A stretch of DNA of 64,000 nt, from positions 8,123 through 72,122 of the forward strand of contig CAXMQZ010000025.1 of NCBI GenBank assembly GCA_964195975.1, in the 5' to 3' direction. The stretch is from an uncultured Polyangiaceae bacterium. GTDB taxonomy: Bacteria; Acidobacteriota; Thermoanaerobaculia; Multivoradales; JAHEKO01. Made by a program: the position numbers and the translations under genes. Below the pieces are notes generated by a model. That model was not told the DNA's origin and searched no databases. It saw only the letters and a list, made by a program, of their open reading frames with translations. Below, piece by piece: positions 9,099-18,476 of the stretch (position 1 is the first letter of the stretch; every line of letters begins with the position of its first letter).

Positions 9099-9224
9099 CA
9101 AGCTATAGAAACACTCGAATACGAGTATCTGCGCGGGCTTTGTCAGAAATCGGAGCCCAGCGGTTACTTGTTTAATGAGAGGCAGTTTTTCGAACGGCTT
9201 GATAACGGCTGAGGAGACAGCGAG

Positions 9225-11393
9225 ATGGCGACTGAAAAGCTTTCGCAATTTGGAATCGAAGAGGAAATAGTGGCTCTACGCCAGCGTGTAGAAGATCTCG
9301 AGCGCACGGCTATGGAAGATCACGAGGTCCGGAGTGAGCTTCGAACGAGCGAAGAGAGATATCGCAATATCTTCAACCATTCATCGAGTGGCTACACGCT
9401 TCACGAAGTCGTAACAGACGAGGATGGTCATCCTGTTGATTACCGATTTGTGGAGATCAACCAGGCCTATCGGGAACTGATGCAAGTGAATGGAAACGCT
9501 CTGGTTGGAAAGCTAGCCTCAGAAATTCAGACGGGTATCGACCTCTCTCTGCTCGAGAGGGTTTTTGGTCGTATCTCCAAGACCGATCAACCCGTGAGGT
9601 TCGAGCACTACTCGGAAGTGTTGGAGAAGTATTTCGACATATCGGCGTTCTCGCCCCGCACCGGTCAGATCGCGACCATCTATTCAGACGTGACGGCAAA
9701 AAAACACGCCGAAGAGGCCTTGAGGCTCAGAACTGTCTATTTCAAGCATCTATTCGAGAGCTCCCCGCTCGGTATTGTGTTGCTCGACAACGACGATCGA
9801 GTCGTCGAAGTCAATGAAGGGTTCGAGCACCTTTTCGGGTTCGCGCGGAAAGAGGTCCAGGGCAAGCGGATCAACTCACTGATCGTAGCCGACTCGCAGG
9901 TGGCGGAAGCCACGGTACTGTCGAAGAAAGTCCTTCAAGGCGAGCTCGTTGACGCCGATAGTGTCAGATGTCGAAAAGACGGGTCGCCGATCGATGTGCG
10001 AATCCTGGCGCATCCCATTCACATGGACGGCCGACAGGTCGGCATCTACGGTATCTATAGCGATATCAGCCGCCGAAAGCGAGATGGGCTTACGAGCCTC
10101 GTCAATCGCAGTACGTTCATGGAGCGGCTCGAGATCGAGCTGACGCGGGCTGGCAGGGAGGGCTATCTGACAGCGGTCCTGGTGCTCGACCTCGATCATC
10201 TGAAAGATGTCAATGACACCTACGGGCTTCCCGTAGGCGATGCGGTTCTTCAGGCGGTCTCGAAGAGGCTGCGACAGACGTTGAGAGATGATACGTCCAT
10301 CGCTCGACTCGGTGGTGACGAGTTCGGCGTTTTGCAGGTCGAGGTCAAGGACGTTGGCAATGCTGCAGGTCTAGCCAGACGACTTCTGGGCGCTCTCGAG
10401 GAGCCTTTCGAGATCGAAGATCACAGCATTCATGTCGGTGGGAGCATTGGTATCGCTGTGGCTCCGGTCGGGTGTATGGAAGGAGCCAAGCAGATCGTCA
10501 GCCGAGCGGAGAGAGCCCTTGCACAAGCGAAACTGGAGGGGCATACGTCCTTCGTGTTCCATACCGAACAGATGAACCGGGAGGTGCAAGAGAGGATGCT
10601 CCTGGGTCAGGAGCTGCACGGAGCGATCGACCGCAATGAGTTGTATCTTGTCTATCAGCCGCAGATCGCCCTACCCAGTCGCAGAATCGTGGGCGTCGAA
10701 GCATTGCTTCGTTGGCGTCATCCCTCTGGACGAGAGGTCGGGCCTGGCAAATTTGTTCCGGTCGCCGAGGCGAGTGGGGTGATTGTTCCAATCGGGGATT
10801 GGGTACTTCGTGCAGCTTGTGCACAGGCAGTTCAATGGCAAACCGACTGCGCAGGAGGGATTCCAGTAGCGGTCAACTTGTCTGCCGTTCAGTTCAAGAA
10901 TCCAGGATTCGCCGATAGCGTAGTGGATGCACTGGAGGAGTCCGGCCTCCTACCCGAGCTTCTGGAGCTGGAGTTGACTGAAAGCATCTTGGTTGAGGCT
11001 ACACCCACGGTTCATGAGGCTCTGCGCCGGCTGCGCAGTCTAGGGGTTCGATTTGCGCTGGATGACTTTGGAAAGGGCTACTCATCGCTAGAGTATCTAC
11101 GGCGGATGCCTCTGCAAAAACTCAAGATCGATCGATCGTTTGTGATGAATCTCGAGTCGAATTCGAGCGATGCGGCGATCGTGAGCGCAATCACCGTTCT
11201 CGGCAGCAAATTAGGTCTCAAGGTGCTGGCTGAGGGGGTCGAGAGGCAGAGTCAGCTTGACCTTCTGGCTGACGAGGGGTGCCACGAGATCCAGGGTTTT
11301 TACTTCAGTCCGCCCGTGGCGCCGGAGGATGTAGTTCGCATGATGATCGATGGGGAGGGGCCGATCGAACCTCTCTCGGCGACCGAGCACTGA
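9225..11393 (+). CDS. PAS-PAS-GGDEF-EAL diguanylate cyclase/phosphodiesterase
   Basis: Two PAS-like repeats, RLGGDEF, EALLRW, DDFGKGYSSL, KIDRSF, AEGVE; GAGGAG SD. Confidence 0.93.
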   Translation: MATEKLSQFGIEEEIVALRQRVEDLERTAMEDHEVRSELRTSEERYRNIFNHSSSGYTLHEVVTDEDGHPVDYRFVEINQAYRELMQVNGNALVGKLASEIQTGIDLSLLERVFGRISKTDQPVRFEHYSEVLEKYFDISAFSPRTGQIATIYSDVTAKKHAEEALRLRTVYFKHLFESSPLGIVLLDNDDRVVEVNEGFEHLFGFARKEVQGKRINSLIVADSQVAEATVLSKKVLQGELVDADSVRCRKDGSPIDVRILAHPIHMDGRQVGIYGIYSDISRRKRDGLTSLVNRSTFMERLEIELTRAGREGYLTAVLVLDLDHLKDVNDTYGLPVGDAVLQAVSKRLRQTLRDDTSIARLGGDEFGVLQVEVKDVGNAAGLARRLLGALEEPFEIEDHSIHVGGSIGIAVAPVGCMEGAKQIVSRAERALAQAKLEGHTSFVFHTEQMNREVQERMLLGQELHGAIDRNELYLVYQPQIALPSRRIVGVEALLRWRHPSGREVGPGKFVPVAEASGVIVPIGDWVLRAACAQAVQWQTDCAGGIPVAVNLSAVQFKNPGFADSVVDALEESGLLPELLELELTESILVEATPTVHEALRRLRSLGVRFALDDFGKGYSSLEYLRRMPLQKLKIDRSFVMNLESNSSDAAIVSAITVLGSKLGLKVLAEGVERQSQLDLLADEGCHEIQGFYFSPPVAPEDVVRMMIDGEGPIEPLSATEH

Positions 11394-11399
11394 GACAGC

Positions 11400-13073
11400 T
11401 CACATCATCATTTCACTCGATGAATCCAAGGACAGAAAAGAAGTGCAACGCTCATACTGATCGTCCTTGTTTTCCTCGGGGTAGCGTTCGCAGGCAGCGT
11501 GTACAAAGTCGCGGATCTTGCCTATGGAATCATGATCCCGCTGCTCTTCGCCCCAGTCCTGATAGGCCGATTCCAGACTGTTCAGGCGCGAGAAATTACC
11601 ACCTGCAAAGGCGTCAGAGTGACCTAGCAGCTCGGCGAGAATCTCCAGTGAGTCGGTCTCGATAGCCTCGCTGCTTTCAGGTTGAAGCTCCATCAGTTTT
11701 CTCAAATAGGTCGAGCCATATCGAAAACGGCTGTATCTGCCCTCGGAGTTGTCATAGGCCTGCCGATACCACTCCACAGCCTGATCGGTTTCTCCAGCCT
11801 GCTCCTTCAGATCGGCGACCCAGGCCATGAAGTAGTAGGGAGCGGTAGTGTCGCTCAATTTCTCGATCAGGAGCGTTTCGGCCTCGTCCTCCAGACCGGC
11901 CATCTCGAGAATATAGGCCAGGGCATTGACGACACTCTGTAGCTCGCTCTGATCGTCGACGGTCTCGAGCGCCCAGGCAATCTGGTCACGCGCATGCTGT
12001 TGCATCTCGGCCGGAACGAAGTCGGAATCCTCCGAATCGGCATCCTGGGCAGGTGTGGTCGCCAGATCGACGAGGGCCATCGTGCCTCCGAGGCGATCGT
12101 CGACCGTGAGCGACTCGTCTTGTTCGATCGCTTGTGCCGCTTTCATCCATGCCGCGAGCAGATCCTCTCGATCAGATGATTCTGTGGGAGTCAGCAAGTC
12201 GAGTTTGTATCTGGGGCCATAGCTGACAAAGACAAGATTCGAGTTTCTCAACTTGGCAGTTCCAAGTACGTCGACCACCGGTGGGATGAGAGCGAGCCGG
12301 CTTGCGGAGTCAAGGCCACTGGGATTGTTTGAGTCGTCATCCAGCTGCTCTCGAATGAGACCTTGAACATAGAATGCCAAGAAACGAGACTTGTTGACAG
12401 CCTGCGACTCTGGCGTTTCCTCATACAGCTTCTTGAAAGCCTGGAGTAGCTTTTTCTCAGAGAGGTCGAGGTTGCTCGCCTGTGACCAGGAGTAGTTGGC
12501 GAGCATACTCAAGTCGGCTGTAGACGAAGCTTCCGGTCCTATTTCGAGGACTTCTGTCAAGACCTCCTGAACGGGTTTCATCCCGGAGACAGCATTGTCT
12601 AGAACGATTGCGTATTGTTCGATTGGAACGCTGCTGGACATCCGCATGACTTCATCACCCGACGAATTGAAGATGATCACAGTTGGATAGCCCTGCACAT
12701 CGAGTTCCTCACCCAGAGCTTGAGCTCGCTCGGTGTCGCCATCGAGATAGATAGGTACGAAATTCTTCATTTGGGCTACAAACTCGGGTCGACTGAAAAT
12801 CTTGTTTTTGAGGTAGTGGCAAGGGGGACACCACTGTGCGCCCCAATAGAGGAAAAGAGGCTTGCCAGTGCTACTTGCAACCCTGAAAGCCTCGTCGACG
12901 TCGCCTTCATACCATTCGATCTTTGCCGTCTCCTGCTTCTGCGGCTCTGACTCGATCGGATCCTGGGAGGTCTGAGTACCGCATCCGATCTGGAGGATCA
13001 GTAGGGTCATAGCAGCCACGGCTGCAAGATATTGGAAGGATCTGAAAGGTCGTGGGTTCGTACTCGGTCCCAT
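11400..13073 (-). CDS. Thioredoxin-domain lipoprotein with helical/TPR-like C-terminal region
   Basis: Lipobox IGC, WCPPC redox motif, GYPT cis-Pro loop; GAGGAG SD. Confidence 0.8.
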   Translation of the reverse strand: MGPSTNPRPFRSFQYLAAVAAMTLLILQIGCGTQTSQDPIESEPQKQETAKIEWYEGDVDEAFRVASSTGKPLFLYWGAQWCPPCHYLKNKIFSRPEFVAQMKNFVPIYLDGDTERAQALGEELDVQGYPTVIIFNSSGDEVMRMSSSVPIEQYAIVLDNAVSGMKPVQEVLTEVLEIGPEASSTADLSMLANYSWSQASNLDLSEKKLLQAFKKLYEETPESQAVNKSRFLAFYVQGLIREQLDDDSNNPSGLDSASRLALIPPVVDVLGTAKLRNSNLVFVSYGPRYKLDLLTPTESSDREDLLAAWMKAAQAIEQDESLTVDDRLGGTMALVDLATTPAQDADSEDSDFVPAEMQQHARDQIAWALETVDDQSELQSVVNALAYILEMAGLEDEAETLLIEKLSDTTAPYYFMAWVADLKEQAGETDQAVEWYRQAYDNSEGRYSRFRYGSTYLRKLMELQPESSEAIETDSLEILAELLGHSDAFAGGNFSRLNSLESAYQDWGEEQRDHDSIGKIRDFVHAACERYPEENKDDQYERCTSFLSLDSSSEMMM

Positions 13074-13129
13074 GGTTGTCTCCTCGGTCTGATGCTATAC
13101 GAAGGAATCCGCGCAGGAGTTCTCAGTAT

Positions 13130-13247
13130 TAATTTTTGAGAAGCCGACTCGGCGTGAGACCGAACCCGGTCGAGAGTGGTCGCCGCTCGGGGCCTCGACA
13201 AAGGCACCCGCCACGGGTCAGGAGGGTGCAAAACCGAACGACGACCG
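13130..13247 (-). ncRNA. Candidate structured cis-regulatory RNA or small ncRNA (unassigned family)
   Basis: 13-bp stem 13246-13234 / 13190-13178 closes fully only on the minus strand (two G-U pairs) and encloses hairpins. It starts 7 nt after TAGAAT (13258-13253). Confidence 0.45.
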
Positions 13248-13387
13248 GCCGGATTCTAACCCGAATCCATCGTTTCGAGCGAGCGTGGAGATTCAGCTCG
13301 AGTTTTCAAGCCGAGACGTTTGCTGGAGATTCCTCCACCTCAGCGCATCGCGGGTGTTCGTCGCTTCGCCTCCGATGCACTAGACTC

Positions 13388-13420
13388 GCGGCCAGTCAGC
13401 GGCCAGTCAGCGGCCAGTCA
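13388..13420 (+). repeat. Tandem repeat (GCGGCCAGTCA) x3
   Basis: Three exact 11-bp copies in the intergenic region upstream of the MFS gene. Confidence 0.9.
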
Positions 13421-13477
13421 ACACTCTGGAATCAAAGCATCCAGAGTTGTTGAGATGAGGATCCGTAGGGAGAGATC

Positions 13478-14710
13478 TTGAGCGACCCACACCTGTCAAG
13501 AGCTCAGAAGCGGCGCAGCATTACCTTCTTGGCCCTGGCCACCGTTCTAGCCATGTCGCTTTGGTTTGCGGGCTCGGCGGTGGTGCCCCAACTCACCGAG
13601 GAGTGGTCGCTATCTGGTGGCGAGCAGTCGTGGATGACGATCGGCGTTCAGCTCGGATTTGTGATCGGCGCTCTTCTGAGCGCATTCTTCAACATCGCAG
13701 ACAGAGTCCCGGAACGAGTGCTTTTTGCGGTGAGCTCGGTATTGGCAGGGTTGTCCACCGCGGCGGTGACCTTTGTCGAAGAACCTCTTCCCGTAATCGT
13801 AGGCCGTCTGCTGACGGGGTTGTTCCTGGCCGGGGTCTATCCTCCCGGCATGAAGCTCGCTTTGAGTTGGTTCCGCGATGACCGGGGATTCGGGATCGGC
13901 ATTCTCGTGGGCGCACTAACCCTGGGCGGGGCTATTCCCCATCTTCTCAACGCGGTACCCCTACTCGGCCCCAACGGAATGCCGCCCTGGCGGATCGTCT
14001 TGTGGATCGTATCCCTTCAGGCGTTTGGTTCGGCGGTTCTGGTGCTCCGTTTCGTCCAACGTGGGCCTTATTTCACCCAGCTTGCCCCTTTCGATTGGCG
14101 GTATGTTCCCAGGTCTCTATCCGATCCGTCTGCCAGATTGGCAAACTTCGGCTATCTCGGGCATATGTGGGAGCTCTACGGGATGTGGGCTTGGATGCCT
14201 ATCGCGCTTCTGTTTTCCTATGGCGCTGCAGGATGGAGTCTTCAAGGTGCTCGTTTGGCAGCCTTTGGCTCGATTGCAATCGGCGCCGTCGGATCAGTCT
14301 TGGCTGGGAGGTTGGCAGATCGTCTGGGACGAACAAAGCTGACCATTTGGAGTCTTGCGATATCAGGTGGATGCTGCCTGATTGTCGGTCTTACGATTCG
14401 CAATCCGGGAGCGATGACGCTGGTCTGTCTGATCTGGGGTTTTGCTGTTGTCGCAGATAGCGCCCCGTTCAGCGCTGCGATAACAGAGCTGTCGGATCAG
14501 CGATACGTGGGTACGGCGTTGACCCTCCAGACCTGTTTGGGATTTCTAGTGACGGTGATCACGCTTAGGCTTCTGCCTGAGGTGGCCGAGAGAGTAGGTT
14601 GGGGATGGGCGTTCGTCGGTCTTGCGCCAGGACCGCTCTTTGGGATCGTCAGCATGCTCAGGCTGCGGGCTCGACCCGAGGCAGCCAGAATGGCCGGTGG
14701 CAACCGCTAG
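13478..14710 (+). CDS. MFS transporter
   Basis: About 12 hydrophobic segments; G.LADRLGR motif A; GYLGHMWELY and VVADSA.FSA family motifs. Confidence 0.9.
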   Translation: MSDPHLSRAQKRRSITFLALATVLAMSLWFAGSAVVPQLTEEWSLSGGEQSWMTIGVQLGFVIGALLSAFFNIADRVPERVLFAVSSVLAGLSTAAVTFVEEPLPVIVGRLLTGLFLAGVYPPGMKLALSWFRDDRGFGIGILVGALTLGGAIPHLLNAVPLLGPNGMPPWRIVLWIVSLQAFGSAVLVLRFVQRGPYFTQLAPFDWRYVPRSLSDPSARLANFGYLGHMWELYGMWAWMPIALLFSYGAAGWSLQGARLAAFGSIAIGAVGSVLAGRLADRLGRTKLTIWSLAISGGCCLIVGLTIRNPGAMTLVCLIWGFAVVADSAPFSAAITELSDQRYVGTALTLQTCLGFLVTVITLRLLPEVAERVGWGWAFVGLAPGPLFGIVSMLRLRARPEAARMAGGNR

Positions 14711-17187
14711 GCCAGGTGAGTTGTGGCGTCCGACGGCATGGAGTCACTGTCCTGGTGTAGCAGAATGTTTTCGATCGGCTCAGGAAAGGAGATGCAGTGG
14801 CCCTGGGCGTAGTCGACTTTCATCTCACGCAGGAGATCGAGCATATGGGGATGTTCGACCGACTCGGCGATGGTCTTGATATTCATTACGTGACCGACGT
14901 GGTTGATCGATTCGACCAGGGCCCGGCTGGTGGGGTCTTTCGAGAGCCCCTGAATGAACTGACCATCGATCTTTATGAAGTCGACAGGCAATTTTCGCAG
15001 GTACGCGAACGAGCTCAAGCCGCTACCAAAATCGTCTAGGACGAATCGGCATCCATGTCCTTTGAGCACCGAGATGAACCGCTGGGCGCGATCGAAATTA
15101 TCGACGGACGCGGTCTCGGTGATCTCGATACAGATTCGGCCCGGATCGACGCTGCGGTAGCTCAGCTGATTGAGGATGTACTCCAGAAATCGATCGTCGC
15201 CAAGAGATTGGCCAGAGATATTGATGGCGAACAGAGTCGACTCATCATTTCGTATTCGGACTCGCTCTGATACCACCTCGAGAGCACGGGTAACCACCCA
15301 CCGGTCGACAGCAGTCATGATTTGAAGTCGTTCGGCCACCGGGATGAATCGGTCTGGAAGAATCAATTTTCCGCTGCGATCTTCCATCCTGAGCAGGATC
15401 TCGTAGATCACTGGATTTGCGTCTGGTGCAACAAGTGGAGTGATCTCCTGGGCGAAGAGCTGGAACGAATCCGAACGTAGAGCATCTTGGATCTGGTGGA
15501 GAACTTCGAGCTGCGTATGACGCTCAGACGTCGAGACGTCTTTGGCTTCATATTCGTAGAAGCTATTGCCCCCCCTTTGCTTTGCCAGATAGCAGGCGGC
15601 TTCTGCCGCACCCAGGGCTCGTTCCGGATCGATATCCTCGGCGCTGAGTCCTGTCATGCCGGTGCTGAGACTCACCGCGATGGTCGACTCCTCCCACTCA
15701 AAGCGAAACGATCGCATGTCTTGATAAATCTTCTCGATTAGCTCGCGGGCCTGCCAAGGCTCGCAGTTCTCCAGCAGGATCCCAAACTTGTCGCCCCCTA
15801 TCCGTCCGAGAGTGTCGGTCTCTCGAAAACGGGTTTTTAAGAAGGATGAGAACTGCTTGAGCATTTTGTTGCCGGCCGGATAGCCGAAGGTGGTGTTGAG
15901 GAGCTTGAATCCATCCAGATCCATGTACAAGAGGGCGTCTTGGTGATCGGCGGCTCTGTTGGAAGAGAGGGCTTGACCGAGCTGACGCTCGAACTCGCTT
16001 CGATTGAGCAGATCGGTCAACGGGTCATGAGTAGCCAGGTAGACCAGGCTCCGCTCGAACTGCTTGTGCTCGACGAGGTCCTTCAGGACCAGAAAGGCGC
16101 CGATCGGTGTGGCGTTGCGATCCCTCAGGAGAGCGGTATGAAATCGAACCGGGATGTCGTCTTTGCCTGAGAGTCGAATCATGGCCGTCTGTGGTTGGCT
16201 GATTCGATCCATGTTTTCGAGGCATAGCTCAATTGGGTCCCGGAGCTTTTCGTCGCTCTCTTGATCGACAAGAGTGATGACCTCGGAGAGCAGGCTGCCC
16301 CGAACCTCGTCGAGAGAGAGTCCGGTGACCGATTCGGCGGTAGCCGTCATGTCTTCTATGGTTCCTTCCAGGTCTGTCCGGATGACACCGTCGCTTATCG
16401 AGGCCAGCATGGCCAGCTTTTGTTGTTGCTCCTGGAACAACGCCTCTTCGGCGCGATATCGCTCGGTCACGTCCGTGGCCACACCCACGATGTGACCTCT
16501 TTGACCGCTTGGATCGGGAATTGGCTGACCCCGCAGGACGACCCTTCGGTCACCGTCTTCGGGAGATCGTAGAGCGATCTCGATGAATAGAGGCTCTCGG
16601 TCGGCTAACGAGTGCCGCATTGCGTGTTTCAAGGCCAGACTGCCGTCGCCGTCGAGATTCTCGAAGACTGCCTTGGCCGTCGTATTGAGCACTGGCGCGC
16701 CATGCGTGATGAGCTTGCCCGGAAGCCCGTAGACCACCAATTCGTCTGTTGATGCGTTCCAGTCCCAACTTACTGTTTGTCCCGCCCTCTGAACCAGCTT
16801 CAACTGCACTTCTGCATCACGCCTGGCAAGATCGGACTCCTTGAGATCGGCAACGTCGATTGCGGTAACCAGGGTGGAGGGAACGCCATGGTAGATAAAT
16901 GGGCGGATAGTGAGATCGACCCAAGTGAACTCACCAGCCTTGCCAACAAGTTGGACTTGGCTGTGAAGGCCCGCCCCGACTGGCTTTTCGACCAAAGGTC
17001 GATACCTAGGGTGGAGAAAATCTCCCAAGGGCGAGCCGATTAGTTCGCGAGCCGTTCTTCCGGTCAGCTCCTTGGAGGCCGGGTTGATGTAGATGATCCT
17101 CCCGGACTCGAGTACGAACATCGCCGCCGAGGTCGCCTCCACCAGAGGATGAAAGCGTTCGTCTGGATTTGGCCGTAAGTCATTCAT
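14707..17187 (-). CDS. Multi-PAS, degenerate GGDEF (GGDKF), EAL phosphodiesterase
   Basis: Three PAS-like segments, HDPLT.LLNR, RIGGDKF, EILLR, DDFGSGLSSF, KIDGQF, AESVE. Confidence 0.92.
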   Translation of the reverse strand: MNDLRPNPDERFHPLVEATSAAMFVLESGRIIYINPASKELTGRTARELIGSPLGDFLHPRYRPLVEKPVGAGLHSQVQLVGKAGEFTWVDLTIRPFIYHGVPSTLVTAIDVADLKESDLARRDAEVQLKLVQRAGQTVSWDWNASTDELVVYGLPGKLITHGAPVLNTTAKAVFENLDGDGSLALKHAMRHSLADREPLFIEIALRSPEDGDRRVVLRGQPIPDPSGQRGHIVGVATDVTERYRAEEALFQEQQQKLAMLASISDGVIRTDLEGTIEDMTATAESVTGLSLDEVRGSLLSEVITLVDQESDEKLRDPIELCLENMDRISQPQTAMIRLSGKDDIPVRFHTALLRDRNATPIGAFLVLKDLVEHKQFERSLVYLATHDPLTDLLNRSEFERQLGQALSSNRAADHQDALLYMDLDGFKLLNTTFGYPAGNKMLKQFSSFLKTRFRETDTLGRIGGDKFGILLENCEPWQARELIEKIYQDMRSFRFEWEESTIAVSLSTGMTGLSAEDIDPERALGAAEAACYLAKQRGGNSFYEYEAKDVSTSERHTQLEVLHQIQDALRSDSFQLFAQEITPLVAPDANPVIYEILLRMEDRSGKLILPDRFIPVAERLQIMTAVDRWVVTRALEVVSERVRIRNDESTLFAINISGQSLGDDRFLEYILNQLSYRSVDPGRICIEITETASVDNFDRAQRFISVLKGHGCRFVLDDFGSGLSSFAYLRKLPVDFIKIDGQFIQGLSKDPTSRALVESINHVGHVMNIKTIAESVEHPHMLDLLREMKVDYAQGHCISFPEPIENILLHQDSDSMPSDATTHLA

Positions 17188-17299
17188 TTTAAGTAGATTG
17201 TAGCTCTACGAAGAGCCTAGCCTCTGTGAAATCGATAACCATTCGAACCAGGTCAGATCATCGTCTCTGGTAGGGTGGTAGCGGAGCTGGTAGCTTGGT

Positions 17300-17395
17300 A
17301 TGTGGATCGGTCTTCAAGAATTCATTCTGATTGTCGCGATTGTCATCTATCTGGGAGTTCTAGCCCTGATTGGACGACGTATCAAGCGAGGTTGA
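17300..17395 (+). CDS. Small single-pass membrane protein (31 aa; not in the ORF track)
   Basis: MWIGLQEFILIVAIVIYLGVLALIGRRIKRG*: one TM helix plus a basic tail, sitting in an otherwise empty gap. Confidence 0.55.
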   Translation: MWIGLQEFILIVAIVIYLGVLALIGRRIKRG

Positions 17396-17428
17396 GTCCT
17401 GAATGATGCGGGTTACTCGGAGGGGTTC

Positions 17429-18169
17429 CTAGGGGCGAATGCTGATACCAGCTCCCAGTAGATAGTTGGGTGAAGCGTCCGTGAGGCCGATCGCACCGTG
17501 GATATCGAGCTGGATGTGTGGTCTCAATAGGTAGGTGTAGCCGTGATGGAGAAGGGTCGAGATTTCGTCCCGGTTGAGGTCGAATCCGGCCAGCTCGACA
17601 AACGTGCCCCATTTCTCCGACAGACCGGTTCCAAGAACGACAGTGCCGCCCCAGACCATTGTTCGCTCCTCGGCGAACTCTGGCCAGGCAGCCTCGGCCT
17701 GTGCACCGAGCGACCAGCTATTGCCAAGCTCTCGTCCTGTAATGAGAATCACAACCGGGACGTAGGTGTTGAAGCTGAGCTCTTCCTTTCCTGTCGGCAG
17801 GGACGTAGCAGCGATCAATGCCAGGTCCCAAGACTTGGCGATGGGCCCGAGCTGTATCTTCGCTCCGATCGTGCTGTCGGAAAATCCGGAAGCTCCGCTC
17901 TCCTTGCTGACGACGAGATAGTCCGGGAGGCCGAACCGGAGCTCGAAGCGGCGAGCGACTGTCCAGCGCACCAGAACCTCTGCCCCGGAGAGCTCGTCGA
18001 CCAGATCGGAGTCAATCCAGGTGATACCTGCCTCGATCTGAGGACTTCCGACCGGAACAACGACAGCGCTCTCTGTGAAGTCGGGTCGGTCCGTAACCAG
18101 TTCCGATGGCTCGGCAGCGGCTTGCGAGGAGACGGAGATTGACGATGCCACAAGCAGCAGAGTAGCCAC
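17429..18169 (-). CDS. Outer-membrane beta-barrel 'transporter' family protein (MetA-pathway/phenol degradation-like)
   Basis: Signal peptide, TDRPDFTES..VVP.G..QIEAG N-terminal motif, SLPTG, alternating beta-strand C-terminus. Confidence 0.8.
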   Translation of the reverse strand: MATLLLVASSISVSSQAAAEPSELVTDRPDFTESAVVVPVGSPQIEAGITWIDSDLVDELSGAEVLVRWTVARRFELRFGLPDYLVVSKESGASGFSDSTIGAKIQLGPIAKSWDLALIAATSLPTGKEELSFNTYVPVVILITGRELGNSWSLGAQAEAAWPEFAEERTMVWGGTVVLGTGLSEKWGTFVELAGFDLNRDEISTLLHHGYTYLLRPHIQLDIHGAIGLTDASPNYLLGAGISIRP

Positions 18170-18248
18170 AAGATCTTGGTTCAGACTTCGATACCTATCT
18201 ATGTATATGTTTGACCTGGCTCTCGGTATGTGGAGAATAGAGGACCTT

Positions 18249-18476
18249 ATGAGGACTCAATTTAACAGTCGTTCACTCGTCCGCGAGGTGAAGACCATCA
18301 AGATTTCGGTCACGATGCCCGCCGACATGGTCGCAGCCTTGAAAGTGGCAGGATTTCAACGTCGTTCGCTAGGGGAGCTCAATGTAGGAGTTTCTGGCTT
18401 GGTGCGCGAAGCGGTCGAGGACTGGCTGGATCGAGAGATCAATAACTCATCCTTCATCTCGGTACAAATTCAGTAG
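18249..18476 (+). CDS. Ribbon-helix-helix (CopG/ParG-like) DNA-binding protein
   Basis: KISVTMP beta strand, helix, then VSGLVREAVEDWL; AGAGGA SD before ATG 18249. Confidence 0.65.
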   Translation: MRTQFNSRSLVREVKTIKISVTMPADMVAALKVAGFQRRSLGELNVGVSGLVREAVEDWLDREINNSSFISVQIQ

